Assembly (NCBI RefSeq): GCF_037042905.1
Contig: NC_087251.1
Span: forward strand, 27,964,001 to 28,028,000
Direction of reading: 5' to 3'
DNA from: Lytechinus pictus
Taxonomy: Eukaryota
DNA: 64,000 nt
Part shown: piece after piece, positions 49,448 to 62,425 of the stretch
Layout of the letters: each line of letters opens with the position of its first letter
How positions within the stretch are numbered: the stretch's first letter is position 1
Position numbers and translations under genes: made by a program
Notes under the pieces: model-generated
Seen by the model: the letters and a program-made list of their open reading frames with translations, nothing else
What the model was told of the DNA's origin: nothing
The model's database searches: none

Positions 49448-51334
49448 TACATGTCACGTTCAACCTAATCACATAGTTTGGCATATAATTTCACACGACT
49501 GGATATAATTTTAGGTAACGCAATTTATTCTTCATTTATTTGATATTACATTATTTCTAATTTGAATATCTTGTTTCTTACACAATGCGTATATTTAAAA
49601 ACCTCATGCAACTAGAATAAGGAATCATAATGGCAAAAAAGGTTGAATTTCCAGCAAAAACAGGAATTCGTTGAGACAAACTTTAAAACCAGACCTGCCA
49701 ACCTCTGGGATCAAGACATTGTAATCTGTGATCCCCAAAATTGTATTTTGAAACATTGACCCCCAAATGACCTTTGACCTTGGACAAGTAATTACTTTCA
49801 TCCAATTACCTTTACTTGGGTAATTTCTCTGAAATAGAGACATATAGAGACAATTTCCTTTAATCAAAAATTTACGACTCATAAAGAAAAAATGTAATGC
49901 CATTCAGGAAATAATTTTGCTTACCGAATTTGATTACCGGTAAAGCATTTTTTAAATCATACAAGAGAAGCTCACAACTAAGTGCCGTACAGTCCTATGT
50001 AAAATCTGCTTTTCTAAAGATGTGGAGCAAGCTGCAATGCAAAAACTTAAAGGTTGGCACCTGAAAGGCATCCACCTTTTACAACTTTTTCAGATCTTTT
50101 TAGTTTTATATGTAAGAGCTCAGGCAAATAATTGTACAAAATGAGTCTGAAAAAGAAAAAATATATCTCTTTGTATAAACTATATTGATAAAATAACGTG
50201 ACTGATTATCCTATTTCAAAATAAATGTTTACGTCTACACTCTATTGTTAATCATTTGACAGTGGCACCTGTGTATCTTAATGATGCCATTGCCAGAAAA
50301 ATATACACCATCCCATTATCTCCATTACCATAACATAGCTAAGCATTCCTTCTTGCTTTCAAAATTTGAAAACTTACCCTTTTCCTCCGTAAAATTCTTA
50401 TTGAAGTTTTCACTTTTTTTGTGAACTTAAAAACTTCATCTTCAGTTTTCATTCTGTCATCAAACTATGATTTTAGGCAAAAAAAATATATGATTTTGCT
50501 CTGGGACTAGATCTGTTTTACTTCCAGTGGCAGGAGTAATATGCAAAATCAGATCTGAACCACTCTTGCACATTTTTGTCTGTGATAGAAACCAAGTAAT
50601 GCTAATTCTTAAAAAGTACTTTAACATCTTGCCTAGATTTTAAAATTCAAGCATTTCTTTGCGTTCATTTCATATATCATTTTCATTTCATTGTTTGTTT
50701 TATCATGTATAATTTAATTTATTGTTTTAAGAGTATGCTGGGAAATCATCAACTTTTCAACAACAGTAATACCACAGAATTAATTTCAATTTTCTTAAAC
50801 TGGCATTACATTTGTTTCATCTCATATTTTTGGCTGTGAACTTTTCATTCAAATGATGCAAAGTGAATAAAAATGAAGAAATTCTACCCTCAAAATAGTG
50901 TCAAATGTTAAAGTCAAATGATGGATTCCATAAAACAAAGCAAATCGTGTGACTTAACAAAAAAAAAACACTTTTAAGTTACACATGCAACTTAAAAAAG
51001 ATGTGTTAACTTCGGCATAATTTGGGGATCAGATAATTATACAAGTATGTAAAATTTTTCAAAAATGTTTATGCTGCAGCTATATGGAATATGGATCTAC
51101 ATGGATTGTGCATAATGGTGGGACAAATTCGCGTATGCGCCCTACACCCTCGGTACCGGTCTCGATCGGCCATTTTGCTATGAATTTTGAAAGGAGAGGT
51201 ATCGCGACAGAACTTTTCGCTTTGTTGAGGTTTCAGTCTATGCCTCATTGTCAGGAACTCAGGATGCTGTCACATTACGGGAATCCTGTGTTTAAAAAAT
51301 ACCCCACCAGCTTATAACACAGGAACTCCATTGC

Positions 51335-51570
51335 CTTGCGTGTTGTGTCAATGGGAGCTCAGGTGGGGTATTTGAAACCCCAATTTCAGATTTTGGGAGA
51401 GCTTCATTTCTCTCATTTAAACTGGGATGGGGTTCATCTCACTGCTGATAATGTCTTGCGTGTTAGTCAATGGGAGCTCAAGTGGGGTATTGACACCCCA
51501 CTTTCAGTTTTTGGGAAAGTTTCATTTCTCTCGTTTAAACTGGGGTGGGGTCGATTTAGTGACTGCAGCT
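51335..51570. repeat. Two ~120-bp tandem copies
   Basis: CTTGCGTGTT.GTCAATGGGAGCTCA.GTGGGGTATT..A.CCC repeated. Confidence 0.75.
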
Positions 51571-52082
51571 GCTGATAAGAGCTGATAAAACACTGTGCAT
51601 GCCACCACATCAGGCTGATGAACGGCATGGAGTGGGATTGCAGCTGTCCTTGTTACGTAATAGTATAAACAAACTCTTCAGAGCTTCCTGGCTGACAGTA
51701 ATCTTGAAAGAATATATTTGTATTCTATTTGTTTTAGGACATTAGCATGTCTAAAAACGATTCAAAATTTAGATGGAGATCGAACTGAAATTTTGAACCA
51801 TGCAAAATGACCCACAATTGCCGAAATAAAAATAAGTTTTAAAAAAATCACCCCCAGTTAACTCCCCCTCTCTCTCTCTCTCTCTCTGCCAGGCCTTATG
51901 AAGGTCACTTCTCCTTGGGGGAAGGTGGATTAGCTGGGAGAGTGCGTGGTTGTTTACTTAAGGATAACCATTCCTTGTTGATATTGGGATGGGGGGGGGG
52001 GCGAGTGAAAGTAGCCTGGAATTTGAAATTGGGGTGTCAGAGGAGATCCATTTTTAAACACAAAGTTTCGTAATGCACACGA

Positions 52083-53050
52083 TAGACCTTCATCCACACA
52101 ATCGTGGTAAGTGCATAATTTCTGTTTTCACATTAAAAAAAAAAGTTATTGAGACCCCAATCTACCCCAGTCCCATGTCTTGAGTCTAAATGCACAGTGG
52201 ACTCCGGCCCACCGGGCTGGAGCTCCCTGGGTTACCGTAGGCCTAACTGCGCCCGCGTTAGACTAACTTAAACTAACCCAGGGAGCTCGGGCCCACTTTG
52301 CGGGCGGGAGCTGGAGTCGACCATGCAAAACGAGGTCGAGGGGTAGATTGGGGTCTCAATAGTAATCTTAATAAAATGTGGGAACAGATATTATGCACTT
52401 ACCACGATTATATGGATGAAGGTCTATTGTGACACACAAATCCTAACATCGTGGCACAGACTGGAACCTCAAAAATGAAACGAAACGTTCTGGCTGCAGT
52501 TTCAAAATTCAAAACAAAATGGCCAATCCCGATTGAGGCTATATTTTTTTTTTTTTGAGGTTCCAGTCTGTGCCTTGATGTCAGGATTTGTGTCACAATA
52601 GACCTTCATCCATATAATCGTGGTAAGTGCATAATTTCTATTTCCACATTTTATTAAGATTACTTTTGAGACCCCATCTACCCCTCGACCTCGTTTTGCA
52701 TGGTCGACTCCAGCTACCACCCGCAAAGCGAGCCGGAGCTCCCTGGGTTACCGTAGCGTAGGCCTAACTGCGCCGGCGTTAGACTAACTTAAACTAACCC
52801 AGGGAGCTCCGGGGCAGGAGCTGGACATCGAGGCACAGACTGGAACCTCAAAAAAACAAAATATAGCCTCGATCGCGATCGGCCATTTGATTTTTGTTTT
52901 GAATTTTGAAACAGAAGCCAGAACGTTTCGTTTTTTTGAGGTTCCAGTCTGTGCCTCGATGTTAGGATTTGTGTGTCAAGATAGACCTTCATCCATATAA
53001 TCTACCCCAGGCCAAGTGCATGTCTCCCTCGTTTTGCACGGTCGACTCCT
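52083..53050. repeat. Complex direct/inverted repeat cluster including ~200-bp-arm palindrome 52274-52750
   Basis: Arms GGAGTCGACCATGCAAAACGAGGTCGAGGGGTAGA... and ...TCTACCCCTCGACCTCGTTTTGCATGGTCGACTCC. Confidence 0.85.
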
Positions 53051-53419
53051 GGGGCGGTATTCTGAAAACGTTCTTATCTTAATTTTGTTCTTATCTACGT
53101 CACGATCTCAAATTGGTATTCTGAAAACGTTCTTATCTTTTTCTTATCTTTTTCTTATCTTGCTAAACATCCTATGCTGAGCGCGTAAATGTATTACTCG
53201 CGCATATAATACAAAAGCGCGCTAAAAAGATAAGAACAAAATGAAGAAAAGTGGTATTCTGAAAACGTTCTTATCTTTTCTCTTTCTTATCTTTCACGAT
53301 ATTTATGATAATATTTAAGATAGCTAGAGGGTTATCACATCTCACGATGTCCGCGTTCTTTCTTGCTCAAACTCGATGGTCACTAGTAGTAACAAGTACC
53401 CCCAAGTATTCCTCCCATG

Positions 53420-55010
53420 CACCCTTTCTTTCATCCACCCTTTATCTCTTTTCTATCCCTTTTTTCTTTCTTTATTTATTTATTTTCTCTTTTTCTTCCT
53501 TTCTATTTGTCTGTCTTTCTTCCTTTCTATGTGTCTGTCATTCTTCCTTTCTTTCATTCTTCATTTATATCTTTTGTTTAATTCTTTTTTTAATCTTTTA
53601 ATTTCTTTAATTTTCTTTTGCTTTCTTTCATTTATTCTTCATCTTTCTTCTTTTTTTATTTTCCCTTTGTGCTTTTTTTTCTTTGCCCATTTCTCTCTTC
53701 CTTTCCTTTTCTTTTTTTTCATTTTTTATTCTACCTTCACTTTTTGTTATCTTTTTATTTCTTCCTTATTTTTTTCTTTCGTCTTTATATATGCTTTTCC
53801 TTTCCCCTTTCCCCTTTTTCTTACTTTCTTCCTTCCCTTACTTTGTATTTTCCCTTATTTTATTTTTTTCTTTTTATTTTGGGGTTCTTTTTTCTGTTTT
53901 TGTTCGTTCAATTGTTCTTTCTTTCATTTTGTTTATTTCTCCTTCCTGATGCTCTTGTGTCTTATTTACTTTCTTTCTTTTATTTTATTTTTTATTTCGC
54001 TCATTCTTTTTTTGTTCATTCTTTATTTACCCTCTATCTTTACTTTCTTTTCTGTGTCTTTCTTCTATTAATAAAAAAAAATCTTTTTCTTTATTCTTTC
54101 CATTAATAGTTTTTGGGGGTTTTTTTATTCATTCTTCACTTTTCCTGACTTTTTATTGTTCCTTTTCGTTCCTTTTCTATCTTTGATTTTACCTTTCTTT
54201 CCTTTCATCTTTCTGTAGTCTTTATTTTTGCTTTAATTTTCCTTTATTTTTTTGTTTCATTTTCCTTTTTTCTCTTTTCCTTCAATTTTTACATTTTTAT
54301 TCCTTTTTCTCTTTCTTTCTTACTGTCTTTTATTCGTTTTTTCTATCTTTTTTCTTTTTCGGTCCTTTATTACTTCCTTTTATCCTTTTTTAATCTTTTT
54401 ATTTTGTCCTTTTACTTTTTTCCTTTGAGTTTCTTTCCTTTCTTTATTTTTCCATTAATAGTTTTCGTTTTTTTTTATTCATTCTTCACTTTTCCTGACT
54501 TTTTATTGTTCCTTTTCGTTCCTTTTCTATCTTTGATTTTACCTTTCTTTCCTTTCATCTTTCTGTAGTCTTTATTTTTGCTTTAATTTTCCTTTATTTT
54601 CTTCTCTCTAATCCTTATTTTTTTGTTTCATTTTCCTTTTTTCTCTTTTCCTTCAATTTTTACATTTCTATTCCTTTTTCTCTTTCTTTCTTACTGTCTT
54701 TCATTCGTTTTTTCTATCTTTTTTCTTTTTCGGTTCTTTATTACGGTACTTCCTTTTATCCTTTCTTAATCTTTTTATTTTGTCCTTTTACTTTTTTCCT
54801 TTAAGTTTCTTTCCTTTCTTTATTTTTTCTTCCTCACTTAATCATTGATAATCGATCTAGGTCCCCTATTTCTTTTTCCTTCTTTAATTCATTCTGTTTT
54901 CTTTCTTTATTTATAAGTTGTTTTTTCTTGTTTACTTTCGTTTACTCTTTATTTCTTTCACTATTTTCTGCTTTGTTCCTTTCATTGTTTTTTTTTTTTT
55001 CTGCTTCATT
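53420..55010. repeat. T/C-rich low-complexity tract with internal ~350-bp duplication (54101-54450 / 54452-54830)
   Basis: Read directly. Confidence 0.9.
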
Positions 55011-55415
55011 CTGACACTTTTATGTCTTCTCACTTACTAGACCAAAAGCTTCAGTCTCTGTATTTTGGTTGTTCCACTGAACTACGTTGGCTCCACTCAC
55101 CATTACAGTAAAATGTCAGAAATTGTTGAATAAATCCCCAGAAACGACGGTTATTCCTGTCTACTCACTTACCTACTTACTTTCTTTTCTTCATATTTTA
55201 TTCTTTATTCGTACCTGCTTTATTTGGGTTTTTTCTAACTTTCTTTCTTTATTTCATGCACGTGTCTCGAAATAATAATCAGTAATTGCGTATAAATTGC
55301 CTATTTCGCACAATGCGCCAGAAACAGTGTAAGCGCAGTGCCCATGATATTCTCTTGACATAAGGGCCGCTTCTATTACTTATTTTATGTATTGGTTAAA
55401 GTGCCAATATAAAGC

Positions 55416-56110
55416 TAGGGTGTCTGAAGCCACACTGAGAAGTGTCAGCATAAGACAGGCTGATTTAGGGGAAAATATGGCACATTTTTTTCGGGAAGTT
55501 CAGGCTACTAGAAAAATGTGATCTGAATTTATTATTAACTTGTGTTTGGCATGTATGGAAAGAGAAAATTCAGGGGCTTCTTTTGACAGTAAGGACAAGT
55601 TTATATGATCATTTTAAATAAGGATTTAGAGATAAATTGCAAACCCTTATTTTTGTGTGTGTTGAGATTGCCATTTCCCCATGCGTTTTCTATGGGAAAA
55701 TGAAATTTCTGTTTTGCACAATTTTTTCACTTTGTCGCAATTTTTCATTGTGATCTGGTTTCCAAATCTTTATAAAAATCATACCATCAGAAAGAGCATA
55801 AAAAATCCTATTGGACTCTTTATGGACAAGTTTTTGGCATTAATAATAAATTTATAACAGCTCTCGGAAGCAAAAAATTTGGATTTGTGTGTGTCCATTT
55901 CTTAACTAGGGCCTACACAGTCTATGGCAGAGAAATGCTGAAAATTGACCTAATTTCATTCTTCTTTTTTGCAGCCAATAATCAGATTTTTTTCAAAAAT
56001 GTTACATTTCTGTCAGTCTGAAGGTCATTTCTCTTCAAATTCACAAAGAAAATGTGATATTTTCTTGAAATAAGAAAAATAATATTTTTCTCCAGAGACC
56101 AGACACCCTA
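55416..56110. mobile_element. Nested hAT-like non-autonomous element with 7-bp TSD
   Basis: TIRs TAGGGTGTCTG / CAGACACCCTA; ATAAAGC on both sides. Confidence 0.72.
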
Positions 56111-56612
56111 ATAAAGCGCATTTTGATTGGTAATATCCTAAAAATGGGCGTGTTGAAGATAAGAAGGAGGCAGTCCTTACAAAGATAAGAACGCGTTAAG
56201 AAGATTTTCAGAATAATGATTTGCAATGATTTTAGCGTCTTCTTATCTCAATGAGATAAGATAAAAGTCTAATATAAGAACAAAGATAAGAACGTTTTCA
56301 CTCAGAATACCACCCCTGGGCTCCACCTCCGCCGCCGGCTCCGGCCCGCTTCCGCTTCGCGGGCCGGAGCTCCCTGGGCCTTGGTTAAACTTAAACTAAA
56401 GTAAAGTTTATTTATTTTTAGGCCTAGGCCTAGGCTAGATTATAGATAGGGCCTAACTTGTTAATGTTAGGCCTAACTTAGTCTTAGATCTAACTAGGGC
56501 CTACGCCTACGGCTACGTTAACGTCGTAGGCCTAGCCTACTGCCTAGATCTACTTTAGATGTTGACTTATTTGGTCTAACGTTAAACTATAAGACTATTG
56601 CCGGTATATTAC

Positions 56613-56735
56613 CTTAGACTAGGATCTGTGCCTGATAATCCTTGTGAGTAACTCGGGCTAAAAGTTAAAATTGTATTTTATAAGATAATTTCGTCTGATA
56701 ACATGAAGTAGATTCACAAATTGCAGTTCCACACG
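56613..56735 (-). other. Putative non-coding first exon (5' UTR) of CATSPERG; 5' boundary approximate
   Basis: Donor CTAAG|gtaata at 56613/56612. This is a short unique stretch between repeats, with CpG- and TAGGCCTA-rich sequence downstream and an NRF1 motif just upstream. The first coding exon has an acceptor 19 nt before its ATG, so an upstream exon is expected. Confidence 0.5.
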
Positions 56736-56752
56736 ATCGCAAAGTACGCATA

Positions 56753-56763
56753 GCGCATGCGCA
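56753..56763. promoter_or_regulatory. NRF1 (sea-urchin P3A2)-type site GCGCATGCGCA in putative CATSPERG promoter
   Basis: Near-perfect match to the NRF1 palindrome TGCGCATGCGCA just upstream of the putative exon 1. Confidence 0.5.
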
Positions 56764-56823
56764 GCATGCAACTAGCACGCTAGTTACAATCGATTCCATA
56801 TCGATCAATCGAAAGAAAATTAA

Positions 56824-59495
56824 GGACGTTCCACAGTTATGTTTGTGCGCATTATGATCTGCGCATATTTTACACTCGCGCTGACGTCACAATGGATGAA
56901 CTGGTGATTTAATCAGCTGTAGGTAATGTGAGCTGATTTTTCTCCTTATCTGCACTAACTGCAGATGTGTTATTTTATGAAGCTAATAAACTGGAATTAT
57001 TACATGGACCAATTTTTTCTATTCCTCTACAATTTCAAAATAGTTTCTCTGTAGTGCTGCAAAGTATGATGATTATGACCCCGAGTAAACGGAAAAGTGG
57101 TTCGGAATTTTTCTTCACATATAGATACTGCTTTTTGGCGCGTTTTCGGGTGTTATAAGAAGCAAATTTGCTCTAATAAGAGTGCTGATAGTTTGAAAAC
57201 AAGCACATGAACCCATATTTTTTTATGTTTGCACCTCTTAAGGCGACCGCACACCTTACGACTGGTCTGCGACCCGATTTAGGAACAAATCGCATTTTGC
57301 TCATTTTCTGAAGATGTGAATGGAACATATCATTTTATTTGAGGTTGAAATTAATTGAAATAATAATATTATAACAATTTTGAAAGATTGCAAGCCCTTA
57401 TTTTGGAGTAAAGTCCAAATTAGGTTCAAATCGTAGCCAATCGTAAGACTGCTATGACGTCATTACGACTAGATATTAAATTCGCTTTTATTCTAAGAAG
57501 GATGATAGCATAGTCACAAATTTGATCATAGGTATTCGTACGATGATTTCGAACATTACACAGTAAGATATTCCAAGTCTCAATATTAGCATCAAATTCT
57601 ATTACATTTTATTCTGAAATCGGGTCGCAGACCAGTCGTAAGGTGTGCGGTGGCCTTTAGGTATACCTTCCTCTACAACTTTGCAAAGTTTGGTGAGAAC
57701 GACATGGGTTTTGAATAAAGTGCAGCATTATATTTCTTTTACTTCTCAAGTTTGTTATTGAAATTTCTAAGAACTGAGAGTGTTGTTAGACTTAAATGAG
57801 AAAATATTTGACAGTAATATAGGTAGATTATCCATCTTACGGATACAATTATTAATCATATTGCAAAACTTGATGAAATTTGTATGGATTTTGACTGAGT
57901 AATAGGGCTTTAAACTCATTGTTGCGATCCCGTGAGGTCTAAAAATGCCAAATTCTTTTGGATGCGCAATTCTTAAGAACATCATCCATTTGGATTAACT
58001 TTGAAGCTCTATAGCAAAAAATCATGCACATGGACCCATGTTATTTTTTGCATATTTGGAATATTCAGGTGCTAAAGTATCTATGTGCAAAGTATGATGA
58101 AAATGACATGGATTTTAAATGTTTGGGAGCAAGACCACGGAACCATTCGCATTTTAAACCGTATATATTAACAGACTTTTGCTAGTTTTCGACGCATTTT
58201 GGGCTGTTTCAAGCCAACTCGCCATACTATGGACACTGATAATTTGAAAACGAGCACATGGACCCCGTAGTTTAAATGTCTTAACTTCTTCAGAATATAT
58301 TCCTCTACAAATCTAGAGAGTATGATGAAAATGACATGGATTTTGAATGTTTGGGAGCAGGACTAAGGAACCATTCGTATTTTAGACATTTTGGACATGC
58401 AGTATTAGACTTTTGCCCGTTTAGGCGCATTATAAACTGTTTCAAGCCAACTCACAACACTTTAGACACTGATAGTTTAAAAACGATTACATGGACCCCA
58501 TATTTTCAATATTTTAACGTCATCAGAATATATTTCTCTGCAAATCTAGAGAGTATGATGAAATTGACATGGATTTTGAATGTTTGGGAGCGAAATATGA
58601 AACCATTTGCATTTTAGACGGTATTATCGTACTTTTTGCTTGTTTTCGACGCACTTTAGGTGGATTTCATTATTTTCAAGCCAACTCGCAACACTTTGGA
58701 TACTGATAGTTTAAAAACGAGCACACGGACCCCATATTTTTAATTTTTTTTAATGTCTTCAGAATATATTCTTCTACAAGTCTGGAGAGCATGATGAAAA
58801 TGACATGGATTTTGAATGTTTGGGGGCAAAACTACCAAATCATTCGCATTTTAGACGGCATTATTAGACTTTTGCACGTTTTGGGCGCATTTTGGGCGAT
58901 TTTCATGCCAACTCGCATCACTTTGGACACTCATAATTAAAAAACGAGCACATGGACCCCATATTTTTAACTTCCCTACACCTTCTTTATGCATTCCTCT
59001 ACAATTTAGCCGAATTTGATGAAAATGACATCGATTTTGAAAAAAAGTGAAGCTTACTAAAACCTTTTTTAAATTTTTGAGTAGATTCACGTCTTTGAAG
59101 ATTTGTTTTTTTCCGAGTTTTTGCACCATTCTTGCCAAATGAGGGCGCTGCTGACTTCAAATAGATATAGTTTTACCAATTAAAAGACTTTCTCTTACTT
59201 TGGTATACAGTTTGTTATATATCTTGAAAATTTGATTAAGTTTGATGCGGTATCCACTGAGTAAAGATGATTTAAACTCATTTGGTGAATTCGTGAGGTC
59301 TAAGAGAGGCATAATTCTCTTGATTGCGCAAGATTGCATATCATTCAAATACGGCGAATTTGAAGACCCGTAGAAAAAAAATAAGCACATGAACCTATAT
59401 TACTTTTTGCATTTTCATAATGCATAGATACCAAAGTAACTCTTTACATAATTTGGTGAAAATGACATGAACTTAATTTTAACTGTGGAACGTCC
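56824..59495. mobile_element. Kolobok-like element (same family as 24490-25424), expanded by ~240-bp internal tandem units
   Basis: Identical TIRs and TTAA flanks; repeated ATGAAAATGACATGGATTTTGAATGTTTGGGAGC units. Confidence 0.88.
57241..57656. mobile_element. Nested Tourist/Harbinger-like MITE (TTA TSD)
   Basis: 40-bp TIRs AGGCGACCGCACACCTTACGACTGGTCTGCGACCCGATTT / reverse; TTA duplicated; the copy at 24.9 kb shows the empty site CCTCTTAGGT. Confidence 0.87.
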
Positions 59496-59700
59496 TTAAG
59501 TCGGTCAAAGATCTAAGGTCAGTGGCAACAATTCTATAATGTATACAAATGCTGATGGACCCCCCCCCCCCTCCCCATAAAAAGTGGGTAATGGTAGTAA
59601 CAGCAATCATTTGTTAAGAAAACTAACAGAAAGAATAAATTATTTTTAAATGATCCAAATCATCCATATACGAGACCAATGTTCACAATCTATTAATCAG

Positions 59701-60600
59701 CAGTGGCGTATCTAGCGGGGGCAAGGGGGCACGTGCCCCTGGTGCCACTTTCAGGGGGCGCAAAAAGGGGAGAGGGGCGCAACTAAAGAAAAGGAAAAAC
59801 ACAAAATGAAGAGAGAGGGCAAAGGAAAGAAGGCGCAGAAAGGGACTTCCACTGAAGGTGATTAATACCTCCGTCCTTTGCTATTACCATGGTATTGCAG
59901 TTTCGAACACATTTAGAAAATGAATCTTGCATGTCTTTACCCAGTGATGAATATTCGTGCCAACTATATTGATTAGTGATATCTTTAAGAATTCCAACTA
60001 AACTCCTTTTATACATATTTTTTCTAGTTTAATTGTCAAAGCTTTTCATCACGCGCTGATTTAATAAGGAAGATACAAACCCTCTTCATTAATTTTACTA
60101 ATAATCATTAAAATGACCCTTTTTACGTGAGGATGTATTTTTTTTTAATAGCTCGCTCTTCTCGCTCGCGTAACGCCGATGAGATACGTATTCTTTTCAT
60201 GAATTCCTACAAATAGTCGGCCTCAAAATTTTCCCTTTTCTGGTAAGTATGTAAAAAATTTCAGCTCACCCATCCTTAATTGCTTAGTTAGATACGCATC
60301 GTGAAATTACTTCTCCCGAAAATGTCACGATTTCAGGTCTCAATATCAATAATATTCAGCTCGCGCTTCGCGCTCGCATTAATTGTTTATGCATCATGCT
60401 TAGAATAGTGCTTAGAATATTTATTCTTTAGATCTTAATTTTAAAAAATCGATTTATTTACTGAGACACCTATCGTCTCTTTTCTAAAACTTGTCTTTTT
60501 ACAAGTTCATTTTTCAGGTCTGAACATCAATAATTTTCAGGTCGCGCCTATATAGCGCTTGCATTCATTGTTTACGTTAGATATGCATCACGTTCATGAT
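59701..60600. mobile_element. hAT-like fragment (CAGTGGCGTA left end) with AATTTTCAGCTCGCGCTTCGCGCTCGC motifs
   Basis: Terminal motif and recurring internal motif; right end not found. Confidence 0.4.
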
Positions 60601-61304
60601 TAAAAAAAACAACTTAGAATATTCCGTCTTAACACTGAAAAAACAAAGTTTATTTCCAAGTAGTCTATTTTCCAAATTTTCAACGCAAACCTTATGCCCT
60701 CGTCAGGGATACAAAGTTCACAGTGACAAGATAAAAGAAAAGTAGTCTACAGTGACATTGTCGTATCATAAAACTCATATTTTTTGGTCAGATTCCGTTA
60801 CTGCTTTTTAGTTTATTATTCGTACATTAAAGTGATGCAAAACAATATGTACGATCCATGATAACAGGTTCGGTTTTAAGGGGGAACTTTGGGGACTGAA
60901 GCGCCCACCAAAAAATCGCTCAACCCCCCCCCCCCCCCCCAAGAAAAATTCAACCACAAAGAAAATATAGATATATATATATTCGTATAATAATGTATAT
61001 TGAATAATGCAGTATTCCATTTATGTCTTCAAGTGCTCTAAAATCAAAGCTTTTCCTATACAAATTCGAAAATTTTCTCGCTCTGTCGCTACACGCTCCC
61101 TCGCAAACTCCTAACATTTAAACACAGAATACCTTACCATAATGCTCTCTAAACATGCGATTAAAGTGAGTCCATGATTATAGAATAGAATGCTTTGCAT
61201 CTTTTTATCAAATTGACCTCCCTAACTTGTTTTTATTTGTCTATATTTTCAAACGCGATCCGAATTTTGTCATTTTTTAATAATATATTAGATCTACATA
61301 ATTA

Positions 61305-61591
61305 TAATTCAATTCAATTCAATTCAATTCAATTCAATTCAATTATTCACATCCATTAAAAAAATACAACATACAATATTATATGAACAATAAGAAACAA
61401 TCAATACATAAACAAATCAATATAATTACAAATAGAAAGAGTAGCACCAACATGCGGTGGATGTAGGGGATTGGCAAAGGCCAAAGACCTATCGAGGCCA
61501 ATCCCCCTTGGTTCCGCGCATTGGTTAAAATATAACAAATTAATGGTGATTAAACAGTTATAACATCAACATAAACAAACAAAAGAAAAAC

Positions 61592-61628
<37 letters not shown>

Positions 61629-62425
61629 ACAAGGCTCCATTTTACTTAAAAACTGATGGTGAATTGGCAAGATATGATTTATATTTACGTTTAAAAGTGA
61701 TTAGTGAGGGGCAAGTTTTAATTTCAGATGGCAAATCATTCCAGATGACAGGTCCTTCGTATCCAATAACAGTTCTAGAAAAATTATATGTATATTTTGG
61801 AAGATAAAAGTTATTGATATTTCTTGTTGAATACATATTTATACTACTATTAAGGGTGAAAAAATCATTAAAAATATCAGGTAAAGTCCTTTTAGAATAA
61901 GAATACATAAAACAAGCAACAAAATAGCAATGTAAATCATATATATTAAAAATTGAAAGCTTCCGAAACAATGGGTCTGTATGGGCAAGAAATGTTGAAT
62001 TGGTGATTATTCTTATTGCACGTTTTTGTATTAAAAATATTTTTTTTAATAAATAAGATGCGGTGCTTCCCCATATTATATTGCAATAGGTTATATAAGG
62101 CAAGATCATTGTATTATATAAATTAGTGAGAATAAAAGGTGGCAATGTGAACTTTAGTCTACTTATGACACCAACAGCACATGACATTTTATACGATATT
62201 TCATTAATATGATCTTTCCACGTAAGGTTATTATCAATTTTAACACCAAGAAATTTTAATGAAGTTACCTTATTTATTTCTTTGTTATTGATATGCAATT
62301 TAATCAAGTCTTCGTTAATTTTCCTGTTTTTTGTTTTAAAAATTATATAATTAGTTTTTTTCAAGATTTATCAATAATTTATTGGCAAGAAACCAGGAAT
62401 GCAATTTACTTAGTTCAGAGTTGAG
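61305..62425 (-). mobile_element. 5'-truncated CR1/L2-group LINE (RT C-terminus + 3' UTR + (TTGAA)n tail)
   Basis: LNSELSKLHSWFLANKLLIN [frameshift in A-run] KTNYIIF..KFLGVKIDNNLTWKDHI..LYNTMILPYITYCNIIWG..QKRAIRII..HTDPLFRKL..WNDLP..FKRKYK; (ATTCA)n at 61307-61345. Confidence 0.9.

Larger units (their letters stand above)
53052..56315. mobile_element. Large non-autonomous Harbinger-like element (~3.26 kb)
   Basis: TIRs GGGCGGTATTCTGAAAACGTTCTTATCTT / AAGATAAGAACGTTTTCACTCAGAATACCACCC; CTG duplicated on both sides; repeated TTCTTATCTT subterminal motifs. Confidence 0.78.

Noticed and set aside
53305..54106. Phe/Leu-rich membrane-like ORFs
   Set aside because: T/C low-complexity tract inside a TIR element, with no recognisable domain.
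61642..62364. Host gene for the 240-aa ORF
   Set aside because: C-terminal RT region of a 5'-truncated, frameshifted LINE.
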